A stretch of DNA of 61,388 bases, counting the filler, from Malassezia furfur (taxonomy: Eukaryota), in NCBI GenBank assembly GCA_052055015.1. It is 2 parts of 2 records of this genome, joined end to end, with 100 filler letters (N's around TTAATTAATTAA, not from the genome) between each part and the next. Parts side by side here need not be neighbours in the genome. Positions count along the whole stretch, not along the records: positions 1 to 30,727 come from JBQJIT010000098.1; 1 more part is not named here. One strand, given 5' to 3'. Positions 1-11,524 of the stretch are shown piece after piece. The first letter of the stretch is position 1; the number at the start of each line of letters is the position of its first letter. Made by a program: the position numbers and the translations under genes. The notes below the pieces were generated by a model, which did not search any database, was not told where the DNA came from, and worked only from the letters and a program-made list of their open reading frames with translations.

Positions 1-2
1 TG

Positions 3-1835
3 CCGCCGTGCAACCACCGCATCTGCCACATCTGCTCGATGCGTCTGCGTGCGCTGTGGAAGAAGCGCGACTGCACGTTCTGCAAGGCCGAAGCGACGAG
101 TGTTATCTTTACGCCGAATGGTGTGCGTAACTACGGCGACTTTACGCCGGCCGACCTGCCGTACCGCGACGAGAAGCTGTCGATCAGCTTTGAGCGCGCC
201 AAGGACTACGAAGACACGATGGCGATGCTGCGCTTCAACTGCCCGATTGAGCGGTGCGAGGTAATGAGTGCCGGGTGGTCGGATCTCAAGTCGCACGTCA
301 AGCGCGACCACTCGCGCCTGCTGTGCGACCTGTGCATCAAGCACAAGAAGATTTTTTCGCACGAGCACAATGTGTACACCGCGGCGTCGCTGCAAGAGCA
401 TCTCTCGGCGGAGCACCGGTACTGCGAGTACTGCCGCCAGCACTTTTACAGCGACGACGAACTGTGGGTGCACATGCGCGACCGGCACGAGCAGTGCCAC
501 ATCTGCAAGAGCCGCAGCGAAGAGGAGCGGTGGCGCTACTACAAGGACTACCGCATGCTCGAGCAGCACTTCCAGGACGCGCACTACCTGTGTCCCGCGC
601 CCGAGTGCCTCGCGCAAAAGTTTGTCGTGTTTGAGAACCAGATGGAGCTGCAGGTGCACCAGGTGCAGGAGCACGGAAAGACGCTGTCGAGCCGTGAGAA
701 GCGCGACGCGCTGCGCGTCGATGCCAGCTTCATCCACGACACCGACGCGCCAGAGAGCAGCAGCAATGCGCGCCGCCGCAAAAAGGGGCGCGAGCCCGTG
801 TCGATCCAGACGCCCAGCCAAGGCGGCACGGCGTCGCGCCGCGCGCAGTTCGGCCACGCGCTCACCGAGCAGCCCGAGCAGGGCGGCGGCACGCAGCAGC
901 AGTCGGAAAAGTACTGGTCGACCGTGCTGACGGTGCTGAGCGACTCGCAGATCAAACTGACGGCGTGCCGCAGCGCGCTGCAGGCGTACCGGGCGTCGGA
1001 GCTGAGCGTCCACGACCTGCTCAAGACGGTGATGAACCTCACTGCGGACGGTGCCGATCACTACGATTACGGCTCCACCGACCTCATCGTCCAGAGCCTT
1101 GCCGAGATCGTGCAGAATGCCGAGAAGCGCCGCGAGATGGTCGACGAGTGGAACAAGATCAAGGCGCGCGAGAACCGCTTCCCAACCCCGCTCGAGTCGC
1201 ACGGCGGAGCGGTGCGCCAGCTCAAGCATGCCGCCTCCGGCAACAACCGCGTCTGGGAAAACGTGGCGCGGGCCGCGGCCAATGCACCAAGCGTCGGCAG
1301 CCACGCGCACTTCCCGCGTCTCGGCGGCGCGCCGTCCAACGCCGCGCGCGTTCCCGGCTCGGCGGCACACAGCGCCCAGGCATCGCGCCGCACCCAGGCA
1401 GGCTTAGGCGCGCCGTGGGGCAGCAGCACACCGTCCACACCGCGCGCCTCGGCGCCCACGCCGCGGCCCACGCCGTTTTCCGTGTCCGTGTCGGCGCCCC
1501 GCGCGTCGGGCGGCGCGGCGCGCACCATGCTTGGCGCGAACCAGTTCCCGAGCCTGCCTACGAACCAGACGGTGGCCCAGCGCCAGGCTGAGAAGCGCAT
1601 GCTGCTTGGCCGCTCGGCAGCGCCTGCCGTGCCCCGGTCCTGGGGCGCCAGTGCGTCGTCGTCCAGCACGGCCGCGACGAACCCCGAGGCGTTCCCGTCG
1701 CTGAGCGAGGTGTCGGGCGCACTGCCGCGCCCCACGTCGTCTGCGACCGAGCCGGTGCCCGCACAGGGCGCCGGGAAACAGCGCCGCAAGAAGGGCGTGT
1801 TGCTCTCGTCGGTGTCGTCGATGCACCATGTGTAA
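3..1835 (+). CDS. HEL2: Ribosome-associated RING/C2H2 E3 ubiquitin ligase Hel2/ZNF598, 5'-partial
   Basis: Open frame from the window edge gives PCNHRICHICSMRLRALWKKRDCTFCK (RING remnant), then several C2H2 fingers and a low-complexity tail. Confidence 0.85.
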   Translation, partial: PPCNHRICHICSMRLRALWKKRDCTFCKAEATSVIFTPNGVRNYGDFTPADLPYRDEKLSISFERAKDYEDTMAMLRFNCPIERCEVMSAGWSDLKSHVKRDHSRLLCDLCIKHKKIFSHEHNVYTAASLQEHLSAEHRYCEYCRQHFYSDDELWVHMRDRHEQCHICKSRSEEERWRYYKDYRMLEQHFQDAHYLCPAPECLAQKFVVFENQMELQVHQVQEHGKTLSSREKRDALRVDASFIHDTDAPESSSNARRRKKGREPVSIQTPSQGGTASRRAQFGHALTEQPEQGGGTQQQSEKYWSTVLTVLSDSQIKLTACRSALQAYRASELSVHDLLKTVMNLTADGADHYDYGSTDLIVQSLAEIVQNAEKRREMVDEWNKIKARENRFPTPLESHGGAVRQLKHAASGNNRVWENVARAAANAPSVGSHAHFPRLGGAPSNAARVPGSAAHSAQASRRTQAGLGAPWGSSTPSTPRASAPTPRPTPFSVSVSAPRASGGAARTMLGANQFPSLPTNQTVAQRQAEKRMLLGRSAAPAVPRSWGASASSSSTAATNPEAFPSLSEVSGALPRPTSSATEPVPAQGAGKQRRKKGVLLSSVSSMHHV

Positions 1836-1839
1836 CGCA

Positions 1840-2147
1840 CTACATAGCACTGGTATCCTCTGCGCCCTCCTCGGCGCGTCGCGCATGTTCGGGGTTCGGC
1901 ACGCCCGCCTGCGTCATCAGCGCAGAAAAGCGGCCCCACAGCTCGGCGATCGAGTCAAAGCCCTTGCCCACCGCGATCTGCTCTTCGAGCCGCCGGTTGG
2001 TCGCATTCACGTTCCCGATCACCGTCTCGAGACTCTGCGGTGAGCATCACAACATACACCAGCGATGTCGGCGAGAAGCCGCTCGCGCTCCCGCGCAAAG
2101 TACGACGGCGCGGCCGACGTCGCGCCCTCGTCCGGCGGCGCGACCAT
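1840..2147 (-). CDS. DAD1: DASH/Dam1 kinetochore complex subunit Dad1
   Basis: ATG 2147. 23-nt intron 2057-2035 (GTATGT..GCTCAC.GCAG). Spliced product YFARERERLLADIAGSLETVIGNVNATNRRLEEQIAVGKGFDSIAELWGRF. Confidence 0.85.
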
Positions 2148-2183
2148 GGAGGCTGCTGGCGACGCGGGGTCGCGGTCACGTGC

Positions 2184-3655
2184 CTACTTTTTGGGCGCGT
2201 AATACTGCACGGTGAGGGCCGCGCGACGTACCAGGTTGCGGAACTCGTGGGGGTCCTCGTTGGCGCGCACGGGCGCGGGGGCCGCCGCGGGGCGCGGCAT
2301 CGGCGCATTCGGCGCGTCCCGCTTCTTCTCGAGCGTGATCAGCCGGCGTCCCCACTTGCCAAAGTCCTGCAGCGAGTGCGCCACGAGCTCAAAGTGGGGG
2401 TGGGTCGGAATCGGCGTCTCGTGGTTCTCCTCGTTCATCGTCGGCAGCCAGAACACGAGGCGGCCCTCGGGCTTCAGCAGCGCCGACGCATACTCGAGCA
2501 GGTCGGCCGTCAGGTGCGACAGCGGGTACGGCTTCGTAGGCGGCACATAGTCCGGCAAGGTGTGCGACAGCGTTCCATCGGGCATCACAAACGGCTCGTC
2601 GCGCTGCTGCGCCACATCGCGCTTCCCAAGCCGCTTGGCCCCAGCACGCACACCATAGGGAGCTGCGTCAGTCTTTCACACGTACGGTCCGTGACGATCG
2701 CATCAAAGATCCCACCGCCCCCGCCGTCGCAGAACGGCGAGCGCCAGGGCGCATGCGTCATGTCAAACGTGATGGTGTCCAGAATGCGCCCCGTCAATCC
2801 ATACTGCTTCGCGCTCAGCGCAATGCCACGGCCCCCATGCTTGTCCTGGCGCCCGCGTAGCATGCGCCCATCAATATCGCTGCCGAACGAGAATGCGCCC
2901 AGCATCGAGCACGCATACAGCATCGAGCCCGTGCCCGCGAATGGGTCGTACACAAACTTGGACGGGCCAGCCAGCGCCATGTTGGCCATCACGACACTCA
3001 TCTCGCTCTCCATGCTCGTGTTCCCAATGTACTGCCGCTTCTTCAGACTGAGCTCGTCGATCAGGTCGCGCGCAGGCACACGCCCGGTACGGTCCTTAAT
3101 TTTCCGCCCAAAAAAGAGCTGCACCAGACGAGGGTCCTGGTCGCCCTGCGGCGGCGGCGCTCCGCCCGCATCGTGCGAGCGCAGGTACTCCTCAATCACG
3201 CCCCACGTCAAGTCTGCGCCCTTCATCCTCGTTGGCCCAGGCATGTCCATGTAAGAAAACGACTCGATCAGCTCCAGCCGACGCGCATCCGAAATGGCCG
3301 CATTGAAGCCCTGCATGAGCGCTTTCCACGAGACGTCCGGCCGACTGAAGGCCGCATATGGCTTTTCCGCTTGGTTGCGTGCATGCAGCTCGGCATATGT
3401 ATCCGCACAGATCCACAGCTCCCACACGGCACGCAGGCACGAGCACCGGCCGAGCAGCTCGCGCGCGGCGTCGTCCGACGGCAAACGGCAGAGCACAAAT
3501 GGGCGCTGCTCAGGCCGCACCGAGTCCAGTCGCGACGGCGTATCGAGCAGCTCATAGGGTATACCCAGGTACTTGGCCGACGCCGCAAACTCCGGCAGGC
3601 GAAAGTCGGTGTGCGACTGCGCAAAGTGCAGCACGTACACTGGCGCTTCTTCCAT
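2184..3655 (-). CDS. TRM11: tRNA (guanine-10-N2)-methyltransferase Trm11
   Basis: YIGNTSM and YDPFAGTGS SAM-binding motifs. Removing the 23-nt intron 2685-2663 restores DAIVTDPPYGVRAG. Confidence 0.92.
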
Positions 3656-3692
3656 GGTCGCACGCCGAGTGGAGGGACTTCTCCACTTGACC

Positions 3693-5410
3693 ATGTTTGG
3701 CGCGCGTCTAGGGGTGGGTCGTGCGCGAGGCAGGCCACCGGGCCGTGCGTGCGGAGGCGCGCTCGTGCGGTACGCGAGTCAGGTGCCCAAGCCCCTGGCA
3801 CAACTGCAGCGTCTCCAGTCGTTTGTGGGGGAGGCATCGGCCACAAATAGCCTGCTCGAGAAGAAGGCCATTCTTGCACGGTACCCTGACCTGGTGCCTG
3901 TCCTCGAGCGGTAGGTGCGCGACTGACTCAGGCTGTACCTTCGCTCTATGCGCTTTCATGTGTCGTCGTCCGCCTTGCGCAAGTACCTCAAACAGCATCC
4001 AAGCAACTACAACGAGCCGGCGACCCTGCCCTCTTCGCTCGAGTCGCTGTTGGACGCGCTCAGTTCGCGCACCGTGGCAGGCAACCAGGCCAAAGAGGTC
4101 CTGCGTGCATTCCTACTCAAGCACAAGATTTTTCCCAGCCGTGACGCACCGGCAAGCTCGGCGCACACGTCCCCACCGCTGCTCGACCTCTTCTATCGGT
4201 GCCTCGACCGCAACCTCAAGGCGGGCATCTCGCAGACCTCGCTGCGCAAAGCGCTCGAGTCGACGCAGGCGCACACGCGGACGCAGCAGTTCCTCGAGAT
4301 GCTGCGCACGACGGGCTCTGTCAATGCATTCCCGATGGACATTGCCCTCGCACACACCGCGACGCCCAAGCGGCTCCAACACCTGCGCAAGCACGCGCCG
4401 TGGTTCGTCTCGCGCAAGCTCGACGGAATCCGGTGCATTATGGTTGCCTCCATTGACTGTTCCCAGGGCAGCCCACGCGTGACCCACTTAGATACCCTTT
4501 CACGCACGGGCCGACCCTTGCCGTCGCTCGCGTCGCTGCGCGCTCAGCTCGCTGAGGATCTGGCGGCGTACCCAGACCTGCTTGCACTGTGCGGCGCTCC
4601 GGATGCGCACGGTATGGCGCATCTCGTGCTGGATGGCGAGCTGTGTGCGCTGCGGCCCACTGATGATGCACGCGGCGATGCCTACGTCGAGGATTTCCTA
4701 CACACGCTCTCTGTGGTGCGGCGGCACACCGACAGCCAAACGCCGATCGTGTTTTTCCCGTTCGATGGCCTGCTGCTCGACGCGTTTGTGTGCTGGCGCA
4801 CATACCTAGGGAAAGAGGATGCCCGTCCGCTGCACGCGCGGCTGGCACCCCTGCAAGCTTGGGTATCCTGGTGCCTGGCGCATCGACCCGAGACGTGCGT
4901 GCGGCGCCTCGAGCAGGTGTGTGTGTCGGACGTCACCAAGGTGGACCTCGAGCGCATGCTAGCGCAGGCGATCGAGAAGCACTGGGAGGGGCTCGTGCTG
5001 CGCGGCGATGTGCCGTACGAAGGGCGGCGGTCCAACGCGATGCTCAAGCTTCGCCCCACGCAGGAGGCCGAGTACATCGTGCGCGAGGCGGTTGTGAGCC
5101 AGATGCGCCTGCCCTTGGAGGGGCACTACGAGGAGCGCCCCGCATTGTCGCGTACGTCGCCTTCTCACCATGCAGACATTGTGATCGAGCACAAGGGCGA
5201 GCCGGTGTCGGTCGGGTCGGGCTTTTCCGCGGCCCAGCGGCTGCATTATGGCGCGCACCCCGACGAGCTACGCGGCAAGGCGGTCACAGTGATGTGTACG
5301 TGGTCCGCTACACTGACGCAGACTACCAAGAATCCATCAAAGACCAGTCGTCTTCGCTCCGATTCCCCGTAGTCAAGGGGGTATATGACACGGCCCACCG
5401 CACTCTGTAA
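3693..5410 (+). CDS. Compact ATP-dependent DNA ligase (phage/bacterial-like architecture) with putative mitochondrial presequence
   Basis: Motifs SRKLDGIR (KxDG), VLDGEL, WEGLVLR, MLKLR, VGSGFS, SLRFPV. Introns 3911-3931 (21 nt), 5152-5175 (24 nt), 5296-5321 (26 nt). Arg-rich, acid-free N-terminus. Confidence 0.85.
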
Positions 5411-5424
5411 TGCACCGCCCCCGG

Positions 5425-7340
5425 CTACTTCATCGCGCCGCCCATCCAGGCGAACACGAGGAACGCACATCCGTACGGCGAGGCAAGCTGTGTCAGTCGA
5501 GCGACGTACACGGTTCAGCATGTAGCCCATCGGCGCAGCAATCTTTCCTGTGCGCGGCCCCAACCGCTGCGCAAAGTGCCAGAACCGGCTCCCGAGCGTG
5601 CCCGCCTCCGGGCGCAGCGCCTGCAGGATCGGCGTCGGCGGCTGCGGCAATGCGGGCGGCGCAGCTCCCCATGGCCGCGGCGCGGACGCCTTGCACAGCT
5701 CGGGATACACAAACGGGCGCACAAAGTACGTCTGCGCCAGCAGCCGCAGCGACGACATGCGCGAGCCCGGCGGCGCGGTGAGTCGCGCATACCGCAGGAG
5801 CTTGGTAAAGGTGCTCTGCGCGTAGCGACGCTTGCGTGCCTTGGCGCGCGCGCGCATGGCACGCACGTTACGCGGCGGCGACGGCGGATGCGACGCGGAG
5901 GTGCGGTTCGCCGGCACACCCTTCACGACGCGCGGCAGCGAGATGCGCCGGCGCAGAGGCCGCAGGCGCCGCACCGACTGGGTGTAGCTCACGCGCGGCA
6001 CTGGGTACATGGTGCGGACCGGGCGCACCGTGTATGCGACGCTCGCCCAGCGGTGCGGCGGAATGCGCGACCTGGACGGCGTGCGCAGCGCGGACGCAGC
6101 GGGCCTGCGTGGGCGGTCCCAGACGTGCAGGCCGTACCAGAGGACCATGCGCATGTACTCGATCGGGCGGCTCACCAGTTCGTACAGCAGCGCACCGATC
6201 GCGCCGCCGCACACGAGGATGAACGCCGCCGTGATCCGCCCGTACACGGTGTGGCTTGCATTGTACGAAAAGTCGAGATGCACCTTTTCCCCGTCGTCTT
6301 CCGTGTGCTGGTTCTTGGCGAGCGCGCGCGGACCACCAAGTCGAAGGAAGCGCACGACGTTGTCGACCGCGAGCGACGCATGGAACGCGACGTACCGCGC
6401 CCACTCAAATGACACAAAGAAGCACGAGAACCCAGCGGAGTCGCGGATCAGCGAGAGGAACAGGCTTGTACCGTGCACGCGCCGCGACAGGAGGCGCAGG
6501 TGGTTCGGCAGGTGCTGGAACGCCGTCGCGGTCTTGGGCTCGCGCGAGACGGTCGGGCGCGTCATGCGCTGGATCAGGCGGTGGTACCAGTTCTCCGGCA
6601 GGAAGGGCAAGATACCGGCCTGCATGATCGTGCGCCAGGTCTGCACGGGGTGTCGTACGACTGCGGGGAGCATCGCCTGATTGCGCACATCGCGCACCAG
6701 CAAGCGCTGCAGCACCAGGCGCACGTTGTCGAGCGGCGCCGCGATGATACACTGCGCCGCACCAGCGACGGCGCCGGCAATCGCGACCACCTTGGTGGGC
6801 GTAAACCGCCCGCTGCGTTCGTACGCCTCTTCGGCGTGGTGCTTGTGAAGCAGCAGATCCTGCGTCAGAGTGTACGTCTGGAACAGCGTGAACCCGATCG
6901 CGATGTTGGCGACTGTGTCAGTTGCATCACCTACACATGGGCGGAACCACCAGCGAGAGCAAGAGGATGGGCTGCGTGAGCGGCCCAAGGCGGACGTACC
7001 TTTTCTTGTCGGATGAGCCGGCGCAGGTAGGGCACGCCGAGTTTCTTGCCCTCACGGCGTGCCATCAGCTCGACCAACGAGAGAGACGAGACTACGTGTA
7101 AGTGTGGCACGTACACTGCATGGGCCGAAACAGGCGGATCGGCCGCTGGAACATGAACGACAGCGAGCTGACCACCGCGCGCACAAAGGCGCTCGCCGCC
7201 GAGTCGATGCGGTTGATTCCGGAGCGTGCGCTCTTGACGAGCTCGCGCGACTCGGAGTCCGAGCCGTCGTTCGCAGGGATCGTTGCTGCGTCGGCCGCAT
7301 CCTGTCGCAGCGGCCCCGCTGCGCCTGTTTCCCCCGGCAT
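5425..7340 (-). CDS. Mitochondrial carrier-like membrane protein
   Basis: Carrier signatures AAPLDNVR and SRPIEYMR, plus LIRDSAGFSCFFVSFE. Introns 7114-7092, 6999-6972, 6934-6913, 5509-5488. Confidence 0.7.
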
Positions 7341-7474
7341 GCAAAAGCTTCGCGGAGTGGTGTGGTGTGTGGAGGGACGCGAGCACAGACGCCGGCCCCG
7401 CGCGGCCCCGCGTCGGCGCCGTGCATGCGGCGCGCAAAAAGCCGCGCCACGTTGGAGAACCGACACATAAGACA

Positions 7475-8963
7475 CTATTTCCAGCTAGACGAGACAAGCA
7501 CCGCGAGTGTCTGCAACGCGGCATGCCGCACCTCGGGGTCGTCGTAGTCGACCAGCCCCATGATCGCGTCCTTGGCGCCCAACGCCGTGACGCGACGCCG
7601 CCCCGTCTCAAAGTGGTGCACAAAGCGCCCAATGTCGTGGCATGCCACGGCGAGCGTCTTGGCGTCCGAGTGCGCCTCGGGCTTGACGAGCGACACGAGC
7701 AGCTTGAGGTCCTGCTCGTTGTGCTCGACGAGCTTCTCGGCGTTCTCCTTCCAGAACTCGTCGAGCGTGTGCACGGGGTTGTCGAACGAGAGGTGCTTGC
7801 TCTGCAGCTCCGACTGGTACTCCTCGTAGGAGCTCATCTGGTCCAAGCGGTTCGACAGCACCGACACGACGTATTTCAGCTGGTCACGCATCTCGTCGTC
7901 GGGGTAGTTGCGCTCCTGCAGCGTCTTGCACAGCGGCAGCACTTTGGCGCCCAGCAGGCGCGTCGCATTGTCCTCCTCGGACGCGTCGGGCGCCGTGAGC
8001 ATGTTGTCCCAGATGCCCACGATCAACCGCACAATCTTGTGCTTCAGCGCGGTCTGCGCAAGGTGCACCAGCACCGTCGCCAGCTCAAAGGACTCGTCAA
8101 TCCCCGCGGCCGCCTCAGGGTCGAAGGTGAGCACCCACAGGACAAATAGGCCTTGGTATTGCAGCTGGGGGTATCCCGCCGTGCCTTCGCGCGGCGTCTG
8201 CGTGCCCCCCCGCGTACTGGACGCCATCTTCTCCTCGAGCGACACGAGCGTGCCGACGATGGACGACTGCGACGCCTTGCGCCCTTGGACCGCCTGCTTC
8301 CACACCAGCGTACGGAACGGCGCCTGGCGCACGATCTCGCCAAGGATCAGCAGCGCGATGGATGCCGCGTTGCCGTCCGTGCGGTCGTCGGTGCCGTCCA
8401 GCGCGGTCTGCAGCTGCTTGTCGAGGAACACGAGGAGCTTCTCGAGCACCTCTTGCGGTGACGCACCGTGCGACGACGACACCGACTGGGCGCTCAGGAA
8501 CAGCGCAAGGAACTGCGCGGCCTTGAGCGAGACGAACGCGTCTTGCACATCGAGCAGTCTGCGGTGAGTCGGGGGCCACCTACTTGAGCAACGACGCATA
8601 CAGCTGCGGCGCATCCAAGAATGCGTCCAGGCGATCAGGCGCGGCCTGCACGAGATCGTCCGCCAGGAGCACGACCTGCTGAATGGTATCGGCGCGGCTC
8701 AGCTTTCCAAAAAGCCGCGTGTAGAGCGCGGCATACTGCGGTTCCTTGTCGAGGACGGTACGGAGCTGCTTATCGCGCCCCGCCTGCTCGGCGTCGCGGA
8801 GCATCTGCAGCTCTTCGGAGCTGATCAGCTCGGCGCGCTGGTAGCCCTCCCACGCAGTCTGTCGCGCACGCACCTTGTCCGCCGTCTCCTTCAGCCAGCC
8901 GTTGTCCAGCGGCATCAGCGGAGACGTCGACACCGCCTGTTGCCCGCGCTTCTCTTCCGGCAT
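7475..8963 (-). CDS. VMA13: V-ATPase V1 subunit H
   Basis: WEGYQRAELIS, QLQYQ, KHKIVR, EFWKENA, LAVACHDIG motifs. 25-nt intron 8583-8559. Confidence 0.93.
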
Positions 8964-9005
8964 GGTGAGGCCAAGCGACCCGACCCGCCGCCCGTGCGGA
9001 CGACC

Positions 9006-9021
9006 CACGTGGCGCCACGTG
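9006..9021. promoter_or_regulatory. Double E-box palindrome CACGTGGCGCCACGTG in the VMA13/MRPL17 divergent promoter (example of the recurrent CACGTG element)
   Basis: Perfect 16-bp palindrome in an 80-bp head-to-head gap. CACGTG recurs in most intergenic gaps of the window. Confidence 0.65.
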
Positions 9022-9043
9022 ATAAGGAAGAAGAGTTTCGACC

Positions 9044-9832
9044 ATGCTACGACCGCTGCGCTCCGCAGCGACGGTGTGCGCGCGGCGTGCCGTGAGCACG
9101 GATGCGAAGGCGAATACGCCACTGAGTGCAGCACTGCTTGTCACGCGCGCTCCCGTGCTCCAGCGCGAGCCGACCGCGCTCGAGCGCGAGTACTACCGCT
9201 TCAACACGGAACTCGCGCACAAACTCCAGCAGCCGTTCCCGCGCGACATGTACTTCAAAAAGGGCTCTGCGGCAGAGTCGCGCTTTGACGAATACTATAC
9301 ACAGCTCCAGAAGACGTGGGAGCTCAAGACGGACACGCGCGACCCTTCGAAGCAGGTACGGAAAGACGCGCCGTCCGACTCGGACGCCGAGCTGTACGCA
9401 ACCATGCCGCGCACTACCGATGCAGATGCGCAAAAGAATGTGAAGAGCATGGAGCGCGCGCTCGACCGCACGCTCTACCTCTTTGTCACGGACAAGCGCG
9501 ATGGCGGCGCCTGGCGTTTCCCGTCCAAGGCGCTCCCGGCGGAACGCACGCCGCAAGACTCGCTGCATGCGACCGCGATGAGCGCCGCGACCGAGACACT
9601 CGGAGATACCATGGACCTTTGGCTGGTGAGCAAGCTCCCGGTCGCCGTTGTGCCGGGCACGCCGAAAACCTACATCCTTCGCGCGCGCGTCCTGGCCGGT
9701 GAGCCGCGCGGCAGCAAGGAACAAGACTTTGCGTGGCTGACCAAGGAGGAGGCCGAGCACTACTTCTCGCAAAATGCGCGTGCCAAGGACGCGGCGTACT
9801 GGGCCAAGATCCGGGATCTGTTGGACGAGTAA
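9044..9832 (+). CDS. MRPL17: Mitochondrial large ribosomal subunit protein mL46
   Basis: Presequence, PRTTDAD..KSMERALDRTLYL, WRFP, DFAWLTKEE (Nudix-like mL46). Confidence 0.88.
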   Translation: MLRPLRSAATVCARRAVSTDAKANTPLSAALLVTRAPVLQREPTALEREYYRFNTELAHKLQQPFPRDMYFKKGSAAESRFDEYYTQLQKTWELKTDTRDPSKQVRKDAPSDSDAELYATMPRTTDADAQKNVKSMERALDRTLYLFVTDKRDGGAWRFPSKALPAERTPQDSLHATAMSAATETLGDTMDLWLVSKLPVAVVPGTPKTYILRARVLAGEPRGSKEQDFAWLTKEEAEHYFSQNARAKDAAYWAKIRDLLDE

Positions 9833-10086
9833 GCCGCCGGGTCTTGCTCTCTGTGGTGCGCGCCCCCCGGATCAGCGCATTTGTTCCCTGGGTTCTGCAC
9901 ACACGTACAGCGCCCCTCGGTACTTCGCTGGTAGACGTACGTAGCCAGCGCCCGCCATATCAACCCCCCTACTCGTGACATACGCAGCTGGTCGCGCTCC
10001 GTGGTCCGCCGAGCCTCCACACGCCACGTGGGCCTCGTCTCACGCGTCCTTGGCAGCGCGATTTCCGGGCGCCGGGTCGGGGAGCC

Positions 10087-11508
10087 ATGCTGGGCGAGCG
10101 TCGGAAGAGCGACGCGGGTGCGAGCACGGCCTCAGGCAGCCCCGCGTTCTCGGCATGGCCGAGTCGCCGCAATGATCGGCGCATCGCGCAGATGAAAAAC
10201 CACCACCTGCACGCGCTGCACGCGATCCGGCACTTTCTGCGCACGCGCAGCAGCTACGACGTGTTGCCCGTGTCGTTTCGCCTGGTCGTACTCGACACAA
10301 AGCTCACAATCAAGTCGGCACTCGATGTTATGTTCCAGTCGGGTGTTGTCTCTGCACCGCTATGGCGGTCAACGCTGTCGGACGACGAGCAGACAGAGCG
10401 TCCTGTGAACGAGGCGTACTCGAGCCGCGCCGATGGGCGCCCGGGCTTCTCTGGGATGATCACCGTGCATGATATCATTCATCTCATTCAGTACTATTAC
10501 CTTACGGCATCAAACTATGTCTCGGCGAGCTTGGACGTCGAGACGCTACGGCTCGAGCGACTGCGCGAGATCGAAGAGACGCTTAAAGTGCCGCCCCCGC
10601 CGCTGCTGTGGATTGGCCCGTTGCGTTCCCTGGCCGAGGCCGGCGAACTGCTGGTGCGCACGCATGCGCGGCGTATCCCGCTGCTCGACTTCGACGAGGA
10701 CCTCGGCGTAGAGACGGTGGTGAGCGTTTTGACGCAGTACCGTCTGCTCAAGTTTATCGCGATGAACTGCCACGAGACAAGCGGGCTACGTGCGAGTATC
10801 GGGTCACTCGGTATCGGCACGTACACATACGAGCACATACAAAAGCGGCGGCAACGCACGCCGCTGGCACGCCTCAAGATGGGCGCGCCGCCGCCGCCGG
10901 GCGCCGGCCCCTATTGGCCCATCCAAACCGCGTCGCTCGATACGCCCGTGTCGGACATTGTGCACATCTTCTCTGAGAAGGGGATCAGCGCGGTGCCAAT
11001 CCTGGACAAGGATGGCGACGTGGTCGACATCTACGAGTCGGTCGACGTCATTACGCTCGTGCGCACCGGCGCTTACTACCAGCTCGACCTGACCATCCAG
11101 CAGGCGCTCGAGCGCCGGCCTGCGGACTATGTCGGCGTGTCGTGCTGCTCGTCGCAGGACTCGCTGGCGGACGTCTTTGCGCAGCTCAAGACGCGGCGCA
11201 TGCACCGTATGCTGGTGCTCGACGACGAGCCGGACTCGTCGCGCAACTCGAGTGCCGCGTCGCCCGTACTGTCGCGGCGCGGCTCAACCAACTCGATGGA
11301 GGACGAGGGGCTGCGCACGCGGCCCAAAGGCAAGCTCGTGGGGCTGCTGTGCCTGTCGGACATTTTGCGCTACATTATTGGCAACCCCACGGCGCAGGCG
11401 CAGCCGCCGGTACCCTCGCCGCTCTCCAACGCCGTGCCGCACGCGGTGGGGGTGGCGCCCGCGGCCGCCGAGCCAACGGCGGCCGCCGAGCCTTCCGCGC
11501 ATCCCTAG
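10087..11508 (+). CDS. SNF4: AMPK/Snf1 gamma subunit (CBS domains)
   Basis: SYDVLPVSFRLVVLDT, SAPLW, VLTQYRLLKFIAMNC, four CBS repeats. Confidence 0.93.
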   Translation: MLGERRKSDAGASTASGSPAFSAWPSRRNDRRIAQMKNHHLHALHAIRHFLRTRSSYDVLPVSFRLVVLDTKLTIKSALDVMFQSGVVSAPLWRSTLSDDEQTERPVNEAYSSRADGRPGFSGMITVHDIIHLIQYYYLTASNYVSASLDVETLRLERLREIEETLKVPPPPLLWIGPLRSLAEAGELLVRTHARRIPLLDFDEDLGVETVVSVLTQYRLLKFIAMNCHETSGLRASIGSLGIGTYTYEHIQKRRQRTPLARLKMGAPPPPGAGPYWPIQTASLDTPVSDIVHIFSEKGISAVPILDKDGDVVDIYESVDVITLVRTGAYYQLDLTIQQALERRPADYVGVSCCSSQDSLADVFAQLKTRRMHRMLVLDDEPDSSRNSSAASPVLSRRGSTNSMEDEGLRTRPKGKLVGLLCLSDILRYIIGNPTAQAQPPVPSPLSNAVPHAVGVAPAAAEPTAAAEPSAHP

Positions 11509-11524
11509 CGGATAGCCAGTATGT

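Noticed and set aside
3911..3931. In-frame TAG/TGA in the ligase suggesting read-through, recoding or a pseudogene
   Set aside because: Fully explained by a 21-nt GT-AG intron with a CTGAC branch site. The same holds for other apparent frameshifts.
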